Source of the DNA: a virus
Lineage: Duplodnaviria > Caudoviricetes
IMG/VR virus record: IMGVR_UViG_3300025653_000129
Span: 1-33,823 of that record
DNA: 33,823 bases
Strand: one strand, 5' to 3'
In this document: piece by piece, positions 8,859 through 17,438 of the stretch
Layout: every line of letters begins with the position of its first letter
Numbering within the stretch: position 1 is the stretch's first letter
Notes under the pieces: generated by a model
Database searches by the model: none
What the model was told of the DNA's origin: nothing
The model's input: the letters and a program-made list of their open reading frames with translations, nothing else
Program-made: the position numbers and the translations under genes

Positions 8859-9317
8859 ATGGCTAATCGCAAACCTCGTGAAAGCGAGACCCGTGAAACA
8901 AGTTCACGCAGAAAACCTTGGGCACCGCCCAGCCACTTAGAAGCACCAGAAGCCCCTCCGGGGTATGTGCATCGTTGGATACGAGTCGCAATGCGAGGCG
9001 AAGAGGACAAAATGAATGTCCATGCCAAGTTGCGCGAAGGATGGGAACCTGTTCGTTCTGATGAGTATCCAGACTATGAGGCCCCCGTCATTGATGATGG
9101 AAGGTATCAAGGAGTAATAGGGCAAGGCGGACTAATGCTTTGTCGCATGCCTGCCGAGACTATCGACGAACGATCCGCGTACTACGGGAACCGGACCCGC
9201 GAACAGATGGTAGCTGTCGATCAGGATTTAATGAAGGAACAACATCCTTCAATGCCGATATCTAATAATCGGCAAAGTCGTGTATCGTTCGGAGGATCAC
9301 GTAGAGACTCCGACTAA
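8859..9317 (+). CDS. Hypothetical head-module protein
   Basis: 152 aa; WAPPSHL, YVHRWIR, REGWEPV, GGLMLCRMP; between scaffold and capsid genes. Confidence 0.85.
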   Translation: MANRKPRESETRETSSRRKPWAPPSHLEAPEAPPGYVHRWIRVAMRGEEDKMNVHAKLREGWEPVRSDEYPDYEAPVIDDGRYQGVIGQGGLMLCRMPAETIDERSAYYGNRTREQMVAVDQDLMKEQHPSMPISNNRQSRVSFGGSRRDSD

Positions 9318-9335
9318 ACTTAGAGGATTGCTATT

Positions 9336-9980
9336 ATGGCAAATTCAAATGGAGCATTCGGGCTACGTCCGTATGGCATTCTAGGGTCCGCTGCTAATAC
9401 CACTGGTACAACCGAGTATCGGATAGCTTCGGACAATAGTAACCCGATCTTTCAAGGCATGGCGGTTATCCCGCTTGCTGGAGGGGTCATTGACGATCTG
9501 CAAGCTGCGGCTGGCGGTAACGTCTCAATCGCTGGCGTCTTTAATGGATGTGAGTATGTTTCTTCCGTGGATGGTTCAAAGGTTTTTTCCAACTTTTGGC
9601 CCGGATCAGGAGCAGACTCAAACTTTCCTGTAAAGGCGTTCTTGTACGACAACCCAGCACAGTTGTTCACTGTTGCAACGTCTAACGTTGTTGCTGCGGC
9701 AAACACTGAGGCTGAAATTCGTGCAGCGGTCTTTGCAAACATTGCGTTTGCTACAGGCAACAGCGGTTCAACCAGTACCGGTATTTCTTCAGCAACCGCT
9801 GATTTAAATACTATCGCCACCACCAATACATTGGCGTTGCGTATTATGGGCGTCATGGACGATCCTGATAACAGCGACTTTACTGCGGCTGGTATTCCGT
9901 TAATCGTTCGTATCAACAACCACTTCAATGCGCCTACGGGTTCCATTGCGGCTGGCACTGTTTCCACGACAGGCGTATAA
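9336..9980 (+). CDS. Putative capsid decoration/cement protein
   Basis: 214 aa A/G/T/N-rich, beta-type composition; immediately upstream of the MCP; GAGGA RBS. Confidence 0.6.
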   Translation: MANSNGAFGLRPYGILGSAANTTGTTEYRIASDNSNPIFQGMAVIPLAGGVIDDLQAAAGGNVSIAGVFNGCEYVSSVDGSKVFSNFWPGSGADSNFPVKAFLYDNPAQLFTVATSNVVAAANTEAEIRAAVFANIAFATGNSGSTSTGISSATADLNTIATTNTLALRIMGVMDDPDNSDFTAAGIPLIVRINNHFNAPTGSIAAGTVSTTGV

Positions 9981-9992
9981 GGAGTTTAGAAA

Positions 9993-10904
9993 ATGGCTAT
10001 TTCTCGCGCACAACTAGCGAAAGAGCTAGAACCCGGACTAAACGCTCTGTTTGGAATGGAGTACGACCGTTACGAAAACCAACACTCAGAAATCTACACA
10101 ACAGAATCTTCGGACAGAGCGTTCGAGGAAGAAGTTATGTTGAGTGGATTTGGCGCTGCGCCTACTAAGGCGGAGGGTTCCAACGTATCGTTTGACGATG
10201 CTAACGAATCATACACTGCTCGTTACAACCACGAAACTATCGCACTTGCGTTCTCTATCACAGAGGAAGCAATCGAAGACAATCTCTATGATCGTCTTGG
10301 TTCGCGGTATACTCGTGCGTTGGCTCGTTCAATGGCACACACCAAGCAAGTTAAGGCCGCTGCGGTTCTTAACAATGCATTTACTGCTGGCGCTACTGCT
10401 GGCGGTGACGGGGTTGCTTTGTGCGATGCGTCTCACCCTCTGACGAATGGTGGTACATTTGCTAACGAACCTTCGACAGCCGCTGATTTGAATGAGACAT
10501 CTCTTGAAGATGCCTTGATCAATATCGCTGGTTTTGTTGATGAGCGTGGATTAAAGGTTGCTCTTCGGGGCTTGAAGCTTCTTATCCCACGTCAACTGCA
10601 GTTCGTTGCAGAGCGCCTGATGGTGTCTAACCTTCGCGTTGGCACTGCGGATAATGATACCAACGCAATCCGTTCGATGGGTATGTTGCCTAATGGCTTT
10701 GCCGTTAACGACTTCCTGACGGACCCAGATGCGTTCTTCATCATGACTGATGCTCCTCGTGGAATGATCCACTTTGAGCGCACCGCTCTTTCTACCAACA
10801 TGGAAGCAGACTTCGACACAGGTAACATGCGCTTCAAGGCGCGTGAGCGTTACAGCTTTGGGTTCTCAGACCCACGTTGTATCTTCGGTTCCCCCGGAGC
10901 GTAA
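9993..10904 (+). CDS. Major capsid protein (HK97 fold inferred)
   Basis: 303 aa; AAGGAG RBS; motifs ITEEAIEDNLY, GGDGVALC...HP, LLIPRQL, FKARERYSFGFSDPR; followed by a terminator. Confidence 0.9.
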   Translation: MAISRAQLAKELEPGLNALFGMEYDRYENQHSEIYTTESSDRAFEEEVMLSGFGAAPTKAEGSNVSFDDANESYTARYNHETIALAFSITEEAIEDNLYDRLGSRYTRALARSMAHTKQVKAAAVLNNAFTAGATAGGDGVALCDASHPLTNGGTFANEPSTAADLNETSLEDALINIAGFVDERGLKVALRGLKLLIPRQLQFVAERLMVSNLRVGTADNDTNAIRSMGMLPNGFAVNDFLTDPDAFFIMTDAPRGMIHFERTALSTNMEADFDTGNMRFKARERYSFGFSDPRCIFGSPGA

Positions 10905-10908
10905 CCTG

Positions 10909-10917
10909 TGTTACAAT
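10909..10917 (+). promoter_or_regulatory. Candidate extended -10 promoter (TG-T-TACAAT)
   Basis: TGnTACAAT immediately after the MCP stop; -35 position (TTCCCC) is weak. Confidence 0.4.
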
Positions 10918-10921
10918 AACC

Positions 10922-10979
10922 GCAAGGATTTTCCCTCCCTGCTCAACTGAGGCGGTCTTCGGATCGCCTCTTTCTTTTT
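10922..10979 (+). ncRNA. Candidate small RNA or structured 3' UTR with CU-rich anti-SD motif
   Basis: Upstream extended -10; imperfect stem GCAAGGA/TCCCTGC around TTTTCCC; CCCTCCCT at 10933-10940; ends in a terminator. Confidence 0.3.
10949..10979 (+). terminator. Rho-independent terminator after the major capsid gene
   Basis: GAGGCGGTC-TTCG-GATCGCCTC, 9-bp stem with one G-U pair and cUUCGg tetraloop, then TTTCTTTTT. Confidence 0.93.
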
Positions 10980-10998
10980 GTTAAAAGGTTGTGTATCA

Positions 10999-11052
10999 TT
11001 CTGTCATCCCTGACAGGCGCATAATGCGTCTGACACTAGCCACGACAGGAGT
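10999..11052 (+). promoter_or_regulatory. Structured 5' leader overlapping the RBS of the 11058 gene
   Basis: TTCTGTC can pair with GACAGGA (11044-11050, SD); CTGTCA can instead pair with TGACAG (11011-11016); inner hairpin CAGGCGCA-TAA-TGCGTCTG. Confidence 0.45.
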
Positions 11053-11057
11053 ATAAC

Positions 11058-11606
11058 ATGGCTAATACAACTTTTTCGGGTCCAGTGCGTTCTGAAAACG
11101 GCTTTCAAGTTGTTTCTAAGAACACCACTACGGGCGCATTTACCACTGTGGCAAGCACCGCGTCTACTGGTATTGTTACTAACAAGTATGTAAAGCACGT
11201 TGGTTATGCGACAGGTGTTACTGTAAACACTACCGCAGGCGATAGTCCGACCATTGGTGAGTTTACGCAACCAGCAAACACCATTATCACTGACATTAAA
11301 ATCTTTTGTGATACCTCTCCAGTAATCGGCACAGGTGATATTGGTTATGAGGTTGGTACGGATTCTTCTGGCGCACAGATCGTTGCGGCTCAGACTGATG
11401 AAATTTTAGACGGGGGTACAACTGTTGTTGAGCATAACGTGACTATAACCGCGTTGGTTCTTCAGACGCAGGATGGCACTACTGCTCCGGCTTCTGTTCA
11501 GTACACTTCTGCGGAACGTACAATCTTCTGTAATATTACCAATACGGTTGACGCTACCACTGCGGGTTCGTTTACGTTCATCATTGAGTATGTGCAAATC
11601 GCATAA
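11058..11606 (+). CDS. Putative virion structural protein (head spike/decoration-like)
   Basis: 182 aa, T-rich beta composition, MANTTFSGPVRS start, AGGAG RBS; first gene after the MCP. Confidence 0.7.
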   Translation: MANTTFSGPVRSENGFQVVSKNTTTGAFTTVASTASTGIVTNKYVKHVGYATGVTVNTTAGDSPTIGEFTQPANTIITDIKIFCDTSPVIGTGDIGYEVGTDSSGAQIVAAQTDEILDGGTTVVEHNVTITALVLQTQDGTTAPASVQYTSAERTIFCNITNTVDATTAGSFTFIIEYVQIA

Positions 11607-11619
11607 ATAGGAGCGTGAT

Positions 11620-12024
11620 ATGGCAGATGCTGTAGCTACACAGACGCTTTTCGACGGGGCCAAAAGAGTTGTTCAAAAGTTTACGAACATCTCAGATGGC
11701 TCCGGAGAATCGGCAGTTAAGAAGGTTGATGTTTCTGCACTGACTACGGGTTTGGATGGCGCTGCTTGTACTGGCGTTGTGATAGAAAGAATCTGGTGGC
11801 AGTGTATTGGCATGAAGGTTCAAATTCTTTGGGACGCAACAACCGATGTTCTATGTATTGAACTAGGTGAGAACCAAAGTGGCAACCACGAGTACAGTGT
11901 GTTCGGCGGTTTGACTAACAACTCCGGTTCTGGAAAGACTGGAGATGTGATGTTCACAACAGTCGGTCATACAAGTGCGGACACATACACTATCATACTG
12001 GATATGAGAAAAGAGTATGGCTAG
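11620..12024 (+). CDS. Hypothetical structural protein
   Basis: 134 aa; AGGAG RBS; beta-rich composition. Confidence 0.8.
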   Translation: MADAVATQTLFDGAKRVVQKFTNISDGSGESAVKKVDVSALTTGLDGAACTGVVIERIWWQCIGMKVQILWDATTDVLCIELGENQSGNHEYSVFGGLTNNSGSGKTGDVMFTTVGHTSADTYTIILDMRKEYG

Positions 12025-12301
12025 TCGTTCGGATAAGCCGATAAAGCGTAACAAGAAAAATTACCGCCCCACTAAGTCTGGGGCGGGAATGACGGAAAAG
12101 GGCGTGAAAGCCCACCGCGCTGCAAACCCGGGATCAAAGCTTAAAACAGCGGTCACGGGTAAAGTAAAGAAGGGCAGCAAGGACGCCAAGCGCAGGAAGT
12201 CTTATTGCGCTCGTTCGGCAGGACAGATGAAGAAGTTTCCAAAGGCGGCTAAAGACCCGAATAGTCGTTTAAGACAGGCTAGAAAACGTTGGAAGTGTTG
12301 A
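12017..12301 (+). CDS. Highly basic small protein
   Basis: 94 aa K/R-rich; NPGSKLK, RRKSYCARS, KDPNSRLRQARKRWKC. Confidence 0.85.
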   Translation: MASRSDKPIKRNKKNYRPTKSGAGMTEKGVKAHRAANPGSKLKTAVTGKVKKGSKDAKRRKSYCARSAGQMKKFPKAAKDPNSRLRQARKRWKC

Positions 12302-12519
12302 TGAAACAAGTGGTAGTTATTCTTCTTACGGCGGTTATTGGCGGCATTGGCGCGGTCAGTTATAGCTGGGCCACTTGGACAACTCAAACTTTAATCTCTG
12401 TAGATAAAAAAACAGAAGTTATAGCGTCAGAAATAGCGTACATTAAATCGTTTATGGAGCGTGATTATGGCTATATCCAGAGGTCAGATGGAACAGCAAG
12501 TGTCCAAGCCACCCGCTAA
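12301..12519 (+). CDS. Small membrane-anchored coiled-coil protein
   Basis: ATG 12301 overlaps the previous TGA; N-terminal hydrophobic helix then heptad-like segment. Confidence 0.65.
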   Translation: MKQVVVILLTAVIGGIGAVSYSWATWTTQTLISVDKKTEVIASEIAYIKSFMERDYGYIQRSDGTASVQATR

Positions 12520-12724
12520 GACTCTCAAGGGTCTTACCTACTATAAAAGAGGTGGTAAGGCTTCTCCTAAATCCAAGGGCAGCAAGATTTGTCCTTCGGG
12601 TAAGGCTTGGGCGAAAAGAACTTTTGACACGTATCCTTCGGCGTATGCAAACATGGCGGCTTCAAAGTATTGCAAAGACCCTAACTACGCTAAGGGTGCA
12701 AAAGGCAAGAAGAAGAAGTCGTAA
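12467..12724 (+). CDS. Basic small protein (MAISRGQM...)
   Basis: ATG 12467 behind GGAG; K-rich; ICPSGKAWAKRTFDTYPSAYANMAASKYC. Confidence 0.8.
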   Translation: MAISRGQMEQQVSKPPAKTLKGLTYYKRGGKASPKSKGSKICPSGKAWAKRTFDTYPSAYANMAASKYCKDPNYAKGAKGKKKKS

Positions 12725-13092
12725 TGGGCGAGTTAAAAAAGTGGCGCGACCAGAAGTGGGTGAGGATAGGAACTGATGGTAAAATCAAAGGTCCATGCGG
12801 TACTTCAAAGGACAAGAAGAACCCTGACCGATGCCTTCCGTTGGCTAAAGCACGTTCTCTTTCTAAAGCAGATAGAGCTTCGACTGCTAAGAAAAAGAAG
12901 AAAGCTGGCAAAAAAGGAAAAACCGTTGTCAGTAACACTAAGAAAGCCAAGGTCAGAGGCTATACCCTTGGGGGACAAGTCAAAAGGCCCTACCAAGGCG
13001 AAGGCAAAGAAGGCGAAGCGGTCGCGAAAGGCTGCGGACAAGTAATGGAATCTAGGCGCAAGAGTACCAAGGGCGCTGTTCGTCAGTTTTAA
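12724..13092 (+). CDS. Basic small protein
   Basis: 122 aa K-rich; LKKWRDQKWV, GPCG, RCLP; TAATG overlap. Confidence 0.82.
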   Translation: MGELKKWRDQKWVRIGTDGKIKGPCGTSKDKKNPDRCLPLAKARSLSKADRASTAKKKKKAGKKGKTVVSNTKKAKVRGYTLGGQVKRPYQGEGKEGEAVAKGCGQVMESRRKSTKGAVRQF

Positions 13093-13103
13093 GGAGAAGT
13101 CTA

Positions 13104-13265
13104 ATGGATATGAAACAACCAACAGAAGACCAGACTGGTCTTAAAAAGTTACCTGAGCCAGTTCGTAATAAAATGGGGTACATGAAAAACGGCGGCAAAG
13201 TTACAAGCTTTAAAAACGGCGGTTGTGTTATGATTAAAACTAATCAATCACCGAAGTTGTATTAA
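13104..13265 (+). CDS. Basic 53-aa protein (MDMKQPTEDQTGLKKLPEPVRNKMGYMKNGGKV...)
   Basis: Translated by hand; AAGGAG RBS at 13091-13096; fills the intergenic gap; two KNGG repeats. Confidence 0.8.
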   Translation: MDMKQPTEDQTGLKKLPEPVRNKMGYMKNGGKVTSFKNGGCVMIKTNQSPKLY

Positions 13266-13267
13266 TC

Positions 13268-13933
13268 ATGGCTACTTCTGGGTCCAGAGATTTCAACATT
13301 GATGTTGGTGAGATTATTGAGGAAGCGTATGAGCGGTGTGGACTAGAGGTCCGCACTGGCTACGATGCTCGAACGGCGCGTAGGTCTTTGAACCTAATGT
13401 TTGCTGATTGGGCAAACCGTGGCATCAACATGTGGACCGTGGCGCAGGGAACTATAACGTTGACGCAAGGGCAGGCCACTCAGACGTTAACGGCGGATGT
13501 TGTTGATGTACTAGAAATTGTTCTTAGGCGCAGCAATACAGACTATGAGGTAGAACGAATTAGTCGGGGGGAGTATGCCACTCTTCCCAACAAAACCACG
13601 CAGGGTAGACCAAGCCAGTTTTGGTTTAACAGACAGATTGATCCTGTTATAAATCTGTGGGCCGTTCCCGAGAACTCTACAGATCAGTTAATCTACTACT
13701 ATGTGCAGAGAATTGAGGACGCCGATACGTTGGTGAACACAACGGACATGCCGTTTCGGTTTTACCCATGTATGGTAGCGGGGCTGGCGTATTATATCGC
13801 TATGAAAAGAGCGCCGGAACGGATTCAACTTTTGAAGAGTGTGTATGAAGAAGAGTTCCAACGGGCCTCTGACGAGGACGAGGATCGTGTTCCTCTTAAA
13901 CTTCAACCAAGCATTCAGTATCTAAGGGTGTGA
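13268..13933 (+). CDS. Putative head-tail adaptor (tail tubular protein A / P22 gp4-like)
   Basis: 221 aa; N-terminal helices (IIEEAYERCG, ARRSLNLMFADW), GRPSQFW, C-terminal helical LAYYIA; position after head genes. Confidence 0.65.
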   Translation: MATSGSRDFNIDVGEIIEEAYERCGLEVRTGYDARTARRSLNLMFADWANRGINMWTVAQGTITLTQGQATQTLTADVVDVLEIVLRRSNTDYEVERISRGEYATLPNKTTQGRPSQFWFNRQIDPVINLWAVPENSTDQLIYYYVQRIEDADTLVNTTDMPFRFYPCMVAGLAYYIAMKRAPERIQLLKSVYEEEFQRASDEDEDRVPLKLQPSIQYLRV

Positions 13934-13934
13934 C

Positions 13935-14258
13935 ATGGCCTATGCTTCAGACAAGAATGCGTATGGAATTTCGGATCGTTCTGGTTTTCGTTATAGACTG
14001 AGAGATATGCGAGAGGAGTGGACAGGGGCGCGTGTCGGCAAGGACGAGTTCGATCCAAAGCATCCTCAGCTATTCCCTCCCAAGGTAGGGGCTGATCCCC
14101 AAGCGTTAAGAAACCCTAGGCCAGAGTCTGGTTTGGAGGAGCAAAGAAACATTCAATACGGTTTTCGACCCGTTGGTTTTAACGGGGACGAGTCGTTGAC
14201 TCCTAACAGGTTGAAATCTACAGGGGAAGTCGGAGAGGTTACGGTGGTCACGTCATGA
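13935..14258 (+). CDS. Hypothetical protein
   Basis: 107 aa; ISDRSGFRY, EFDPKHPQL, DPQALRNPRP. Confidence 0.8.
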   Translation: MAYASDKNAYGISDRSGFRYRLRDMREEWTGARVGKDEFDPKHPQLFPPKVGADPQALRNPRPESGLEEQRNIQYGFRPVGFNGDESLTPNRLKSTGEVGEVTVVTS

Positions 14259-14923
14259 GCTTTACATTTGCGCAGTTAAAAACAGCGTTGCAGGATTACA
14301 CTGAGAACACGGAGACTTCTTTTGTAGCTAATCTCCCTCTGTTTATACGGGCAGCAGAGGAACGAGTTTTAAAATCTGTTCAGCTAAGTCTATTTCGAAA
14401 AAATGTTTCAGGTATAGCGTCTAGTGGAAACAAGTTTCTTGCGATGCCAAGTGATTTTTTAGCGCCATATTCGTTAAGCCTAAGAACTGTTACGGACCCA
14501 ATAACCAGTGGCAGTGATTACGGATTTGTAGAGTTTAAAGATGTTAGCTTTGTTCAAAGCTATACCTCCGATCCTGCTACAACAGGTGTGCCGAAATATT
14601 ACGCTACGTTTGACGTCAGCAACTTTATCTTAGCACCAACACCAAACGTTGACTATACGGCAGAGCTTCACTACTTGTACCGCCCCGCAAGCCTTACGGC
14701 AGGATCAGACAGTGGTACAACATGGTTAAGTGAAAATGCAGAGTTAAGCCTTTTGTACGGTTCGTTAATAGAGGCGTACATCTTTATGAAAGGTGAGCAG
14801 GACGTTATGGCTATGTATGACAAGAGGTTTCAGGAGTCTTTGTCTGGTCTAAAGTTGTTGGGTGAGTCCAAAGAAACCACACAAGGTTACCGTGTTGGTC
14901 AAGTTATTAGGCCGAAACAATGA
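14255..14923 (+). CDS. Second adaptor-like tail protein
   Basis: 222 aa; FIRAAEERV, GVPKYYA, LAPTPN, LLYGSLIEAYIFMK; size and layout similar to the 13268 protein. Confidence 0.6.
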   Translation: MSFTFAQLKTALQDYTENTETSFVANLPLFIRAAEERVLKSVQLSLFRKNVSGIASSGNKFLAMPSDFLAPYSLSLRTVTDPITSGSDYGFVEFKDVSFVQSYTSDPATTGVPKYYATFDVSNFILAPTPNVDYTAELHYLYRPASLTAGSDSGTTWLSENAELSLLYGSLIEAYIFMKGEQDVMAMYDKRFQESLSGLKLLGESKETTQGYRVGQVIRPKQ

Positions 14924-15204
14924 ACAACATGTCTTTTGGAGAGTTTAAGGTTGATGTTCAAACCACAAACAATCGTGGTGCAACTCCTGAAGAGGTGGCT
15001 CACCGTTGCGTAGGTAAGATCGTTGCGTTCTCTGAGGACGCGCACCCTACGCTACGGGATCAGGCTATTGCTTATCGTGACAGCATAGAGAAGCTGCTGG
15101 TCATCTACATGAAACAGGCTATCCAAAGTGACCGTACTACGGTATATAATGCGATAAAAGAAGCGGGTCATTCTGATTTGGCCGAATATATAAGGAAAAT
15201 GTAA
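14920..15204 (+). CDS. Hypothetical protein
   Basis: 94 aa, overlaps both neighbours. Confidence 0.8.
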   Translation: MNNMSFGEFKVDVQTTNNRGATPEEVAHRCVGKIVAFSEDAHPTLRDQAIAYRDSIEKLLVIYMKQAIQSDRTTVYNAIKEAGHSDLAEYIRKM

Positions 15205-15638
15205 TGGCTTTTACGGGCAACTTCCTGTGTACTTCATTCAAAAAAGAATTAATGACAGCTACACATAATTTCACTGCGGCAAGTGACCAGTTTAAGATTG
15301 CTTTGTATGACAACAGTGCAAGTTTCACTGCGGCTACCACTGCTTACACAAGTAGCAATGAAATAACGGGAACAAATTACACTGCAAAGGGTCAGTTTTT
15401 AACAAGCGTAACGCCAACGACTACCGGCACAACAGCTCTGACTGACTTTTCTGATGAGGTGTTTTCTAACGTAACAATTTCTTCGGTGCGCGGTGCTTTA
15501 ATTTATAATGAGGCCGCGTCAGGCGATCCGTCTGTTTGTGTTTTGGACTTTGGAGCCGATAAAGGTGCCACGTCTGGAGACTTCACTATCGTTTTTCCCA
15601 CCGCTGACGCGAGTAACGCAATTATACGGATAGCTTAA
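15204..15638 (+). CDS. Putative tail/fibre-attachment structural protein
   Basis: 144 aa; CTSFKKEL, FKIALY, RGALIYN, VLDFGADK; precedes fibre genes. Confidence 0.7.
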   Translation: MAFTGNFLCTSFKKELMTATHNFTAASDQFKIALYDNSASFTAATTAYTSSNEITGTNYTAKGQFLTSVTPTTTGTTALTDFSDEVFSNVTISSVRGALIYNEAASGDPSVCVLDFGADKGATSGDFTIVFPTADASNAIIRIA

Positions 15639-15639
15639 C

Positions 15640-17070
15640 ATGGCAATATCTTTAGGAAATCGTGCAAAAATGTCTACCAGTACCACGGGTACTGGAACGA
15701 TTACCTTGGGAAGCGCTGCAACAGGCTACCAAACTTTCGCTAATGCTGGAATAACCAACGGTCAAACTATTAGATATGCTATAGAGGATGGAACTAATTT
15801 TGAAATTGGCAGTGGGACATATACGTCAAGCGGCACAACACTTACTCGTTCGGTTACTGAAAGTTCTAATTCAGACAGCGCTATATCGCTTAGTGGCACG
15901 GCAGTTGTCTTTGTCACAGCCACAGTCGCAGATTTATTTATTAACGATGGGGCGTCCTCGTTAACAACCACAGGCGTTGGAACATTTGCTTCGTTAGACA
16001 TTAGCGGAAACATCGACGTAGACGGAACAACAAATCTAGATGCTGTAGATATAGATGGCGCAGTTCAATTAGACTCAACTTTAACGGTGGGTGTTAACGA
16101 TCAAGGTTACGATGTTAAGCTGTTTGGAGACACTGCCAGTGCGTTTATGCTTTGGGACACAAGTGCCGACGATTTAATACTTAGTGGGGCTGCGGGTTTG
16201 ATTGTTCCTGATGGACAATTAACATTAGGCTCTACGGCACTTACCAGCACGGCAGCGGAGCTAAACTACAACGATACAGGCGCAGCGGTTGGAACTGTAG
16301 TTGCGTCCAAGACTGTTACCGTAGACGCCAACAAAGACGTTGCTAGTTTTCGAAACATTACTTTAACTGGAGAGCTAGACGCAGGTTCTTTAGATATTTC
16401 AGGTGACGCGGACATTGATGGTACGCTGGAAACAGATGCGCTTTCTCTTAACGGCACTGCGGTCACTACGACTGGGGCTGAGATTAATTTAATCGACGGT
16501 GGAACTTCGCGGGGTACGACTGCGGTTGCAAGTGGCGATGGCCTGTTGGTGAACGATGCAGGCACAATGCGTATGACCAACGTGGATACAGTGTCCACTT
16601 ATTTTTCTAGCCACAGTGTAGGTGGCGGCAACATTGTTACTGTTGGGGCTTTAAACTCAGGTTCAATAACATCTGGTTTTGGTGCTATCGACAACGGTTC
16701 CAGTGCCATTACTACTACAGGTGTGGGATCGTTTGGTTCATTAGATATCAGCGGTGCTATCGACGTAGACGGGACCACTAACTTAGATGTAGTGGATATC
16801 GACGGTGCGGTGGACATGGCATCTACGCTTTTGGTCACTGGAGTAGCAACCCTCACTGCAAAGCCCATTGCTAACGCGGGTATTTCTGTAAAAAACGGCG
16901 CTACAGGCGCAGGCTTTGTAGAGTTCTTTGAAGACACTGACAATGGAACTAACAAAGTAACATTAATAGGCCCCGCGTCTACTGCGGATGTAACTCTCAC
17001 GCTTCCTTCTGCAACTGGAATTGTAGCAACAACAGACGATGCGACAGCTTTGGCGATTGCGTTGGGGTGA
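15640..17070 (+). CDS. Tail fibre protein 1
   Basis: 476 aa G/T/S/D-rich; repeated LDISGxxDxDGT shaft units; ends in ATALAIALG. Confidence 0.8.
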   Translation: MAISLGNRAKMSTSTTGTGTITLGSAATGYQTFANAGITNGQTIRYAIEDGTNFEIGSGTYTSSGTTLTRSVTESSNSDSAISLSGTAVVFVTATVADLFINDGASSLTTTGVGTFASLDISGNIDVDGTTNLDAVDIDGAVQLDSTLTVGVNDQGYDVKLFGDTASAFMLWDTSADDLILSGAAGLIVPDGQLTLGSTALTSTAAELNYNDTGAAVGTVVASKTVTVDANKDVASFRNITLTGELDAGSLDISGDADIDGTLETDALSLNGTAVTTTGAEINLIDGGTSRGTTAVASGDGLLVNDAGTMRMTNVDTVSTYFSSHSVGGGNIVTVGALNSGSITSGFGAIDNGSSAITTTGVGSFGSLDISGAIDVDGTTNLDVVDIDGAVDMASTLLVTGVATLTAKPIANAGISVKNGATGAGFVEFFEDTDNGTNKVTLIGPASTADVTLTLPSATGIVATTDDATALAIALG

Positions 17071-17084
17071 TATAGGAAAAATAA

Positions 17085-17438
17085 ATGGCTAATACATTTA
17101 AGTTAATCACAAGAGATGTTGCTCCTGCAAGTTCAGGAACACCAGAAACTTTATACACGGTTCAGTCCGGTAGCACAGTTATTATTCTTGGGCTTACACT
17201 GGCAAACGTTCACACGTCACAGGTCACAGCATCTGTAACGATTGTAAGTACAACAACTCAAACCAGCCAAACTCAAAACACAACGGCGTTTTTGGTTAAG
17301 AGTGTACCAATACCTGTTGGGTCAACGCTTGCTGTTTTGGACGGAAAGATTAACCTTAACGTGGGCGATATCGTTAAAATTGATTGTTCTGTTGCGGATA
17401 AGGTTTCAGTAACCATGAGTTATATGGAGATTACATAA
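17085..17438 (+). CDS. Small beta-rich fibre-associated protein (paralogue of the 26606 protein)
   Basis: 117 aa; MAN...TLYT...MEIT layout. Confidence 0.75.
   Translation: MANTFKLITRDVAPASSGTPETLYTVQSGSTVIILGLTLANVHTSQVTASVTIVSTTTQTSQTQNTTAFLVKSVPIPVGSTLAVLDGKINLNVGDIVKIDCSVADKVSVTMSYMEIT

Noticed and set aside
10905-11057. tRNA in the largest intergenic gap
   Set aside because: No cloverleaf, T-loop consensus or CCA end
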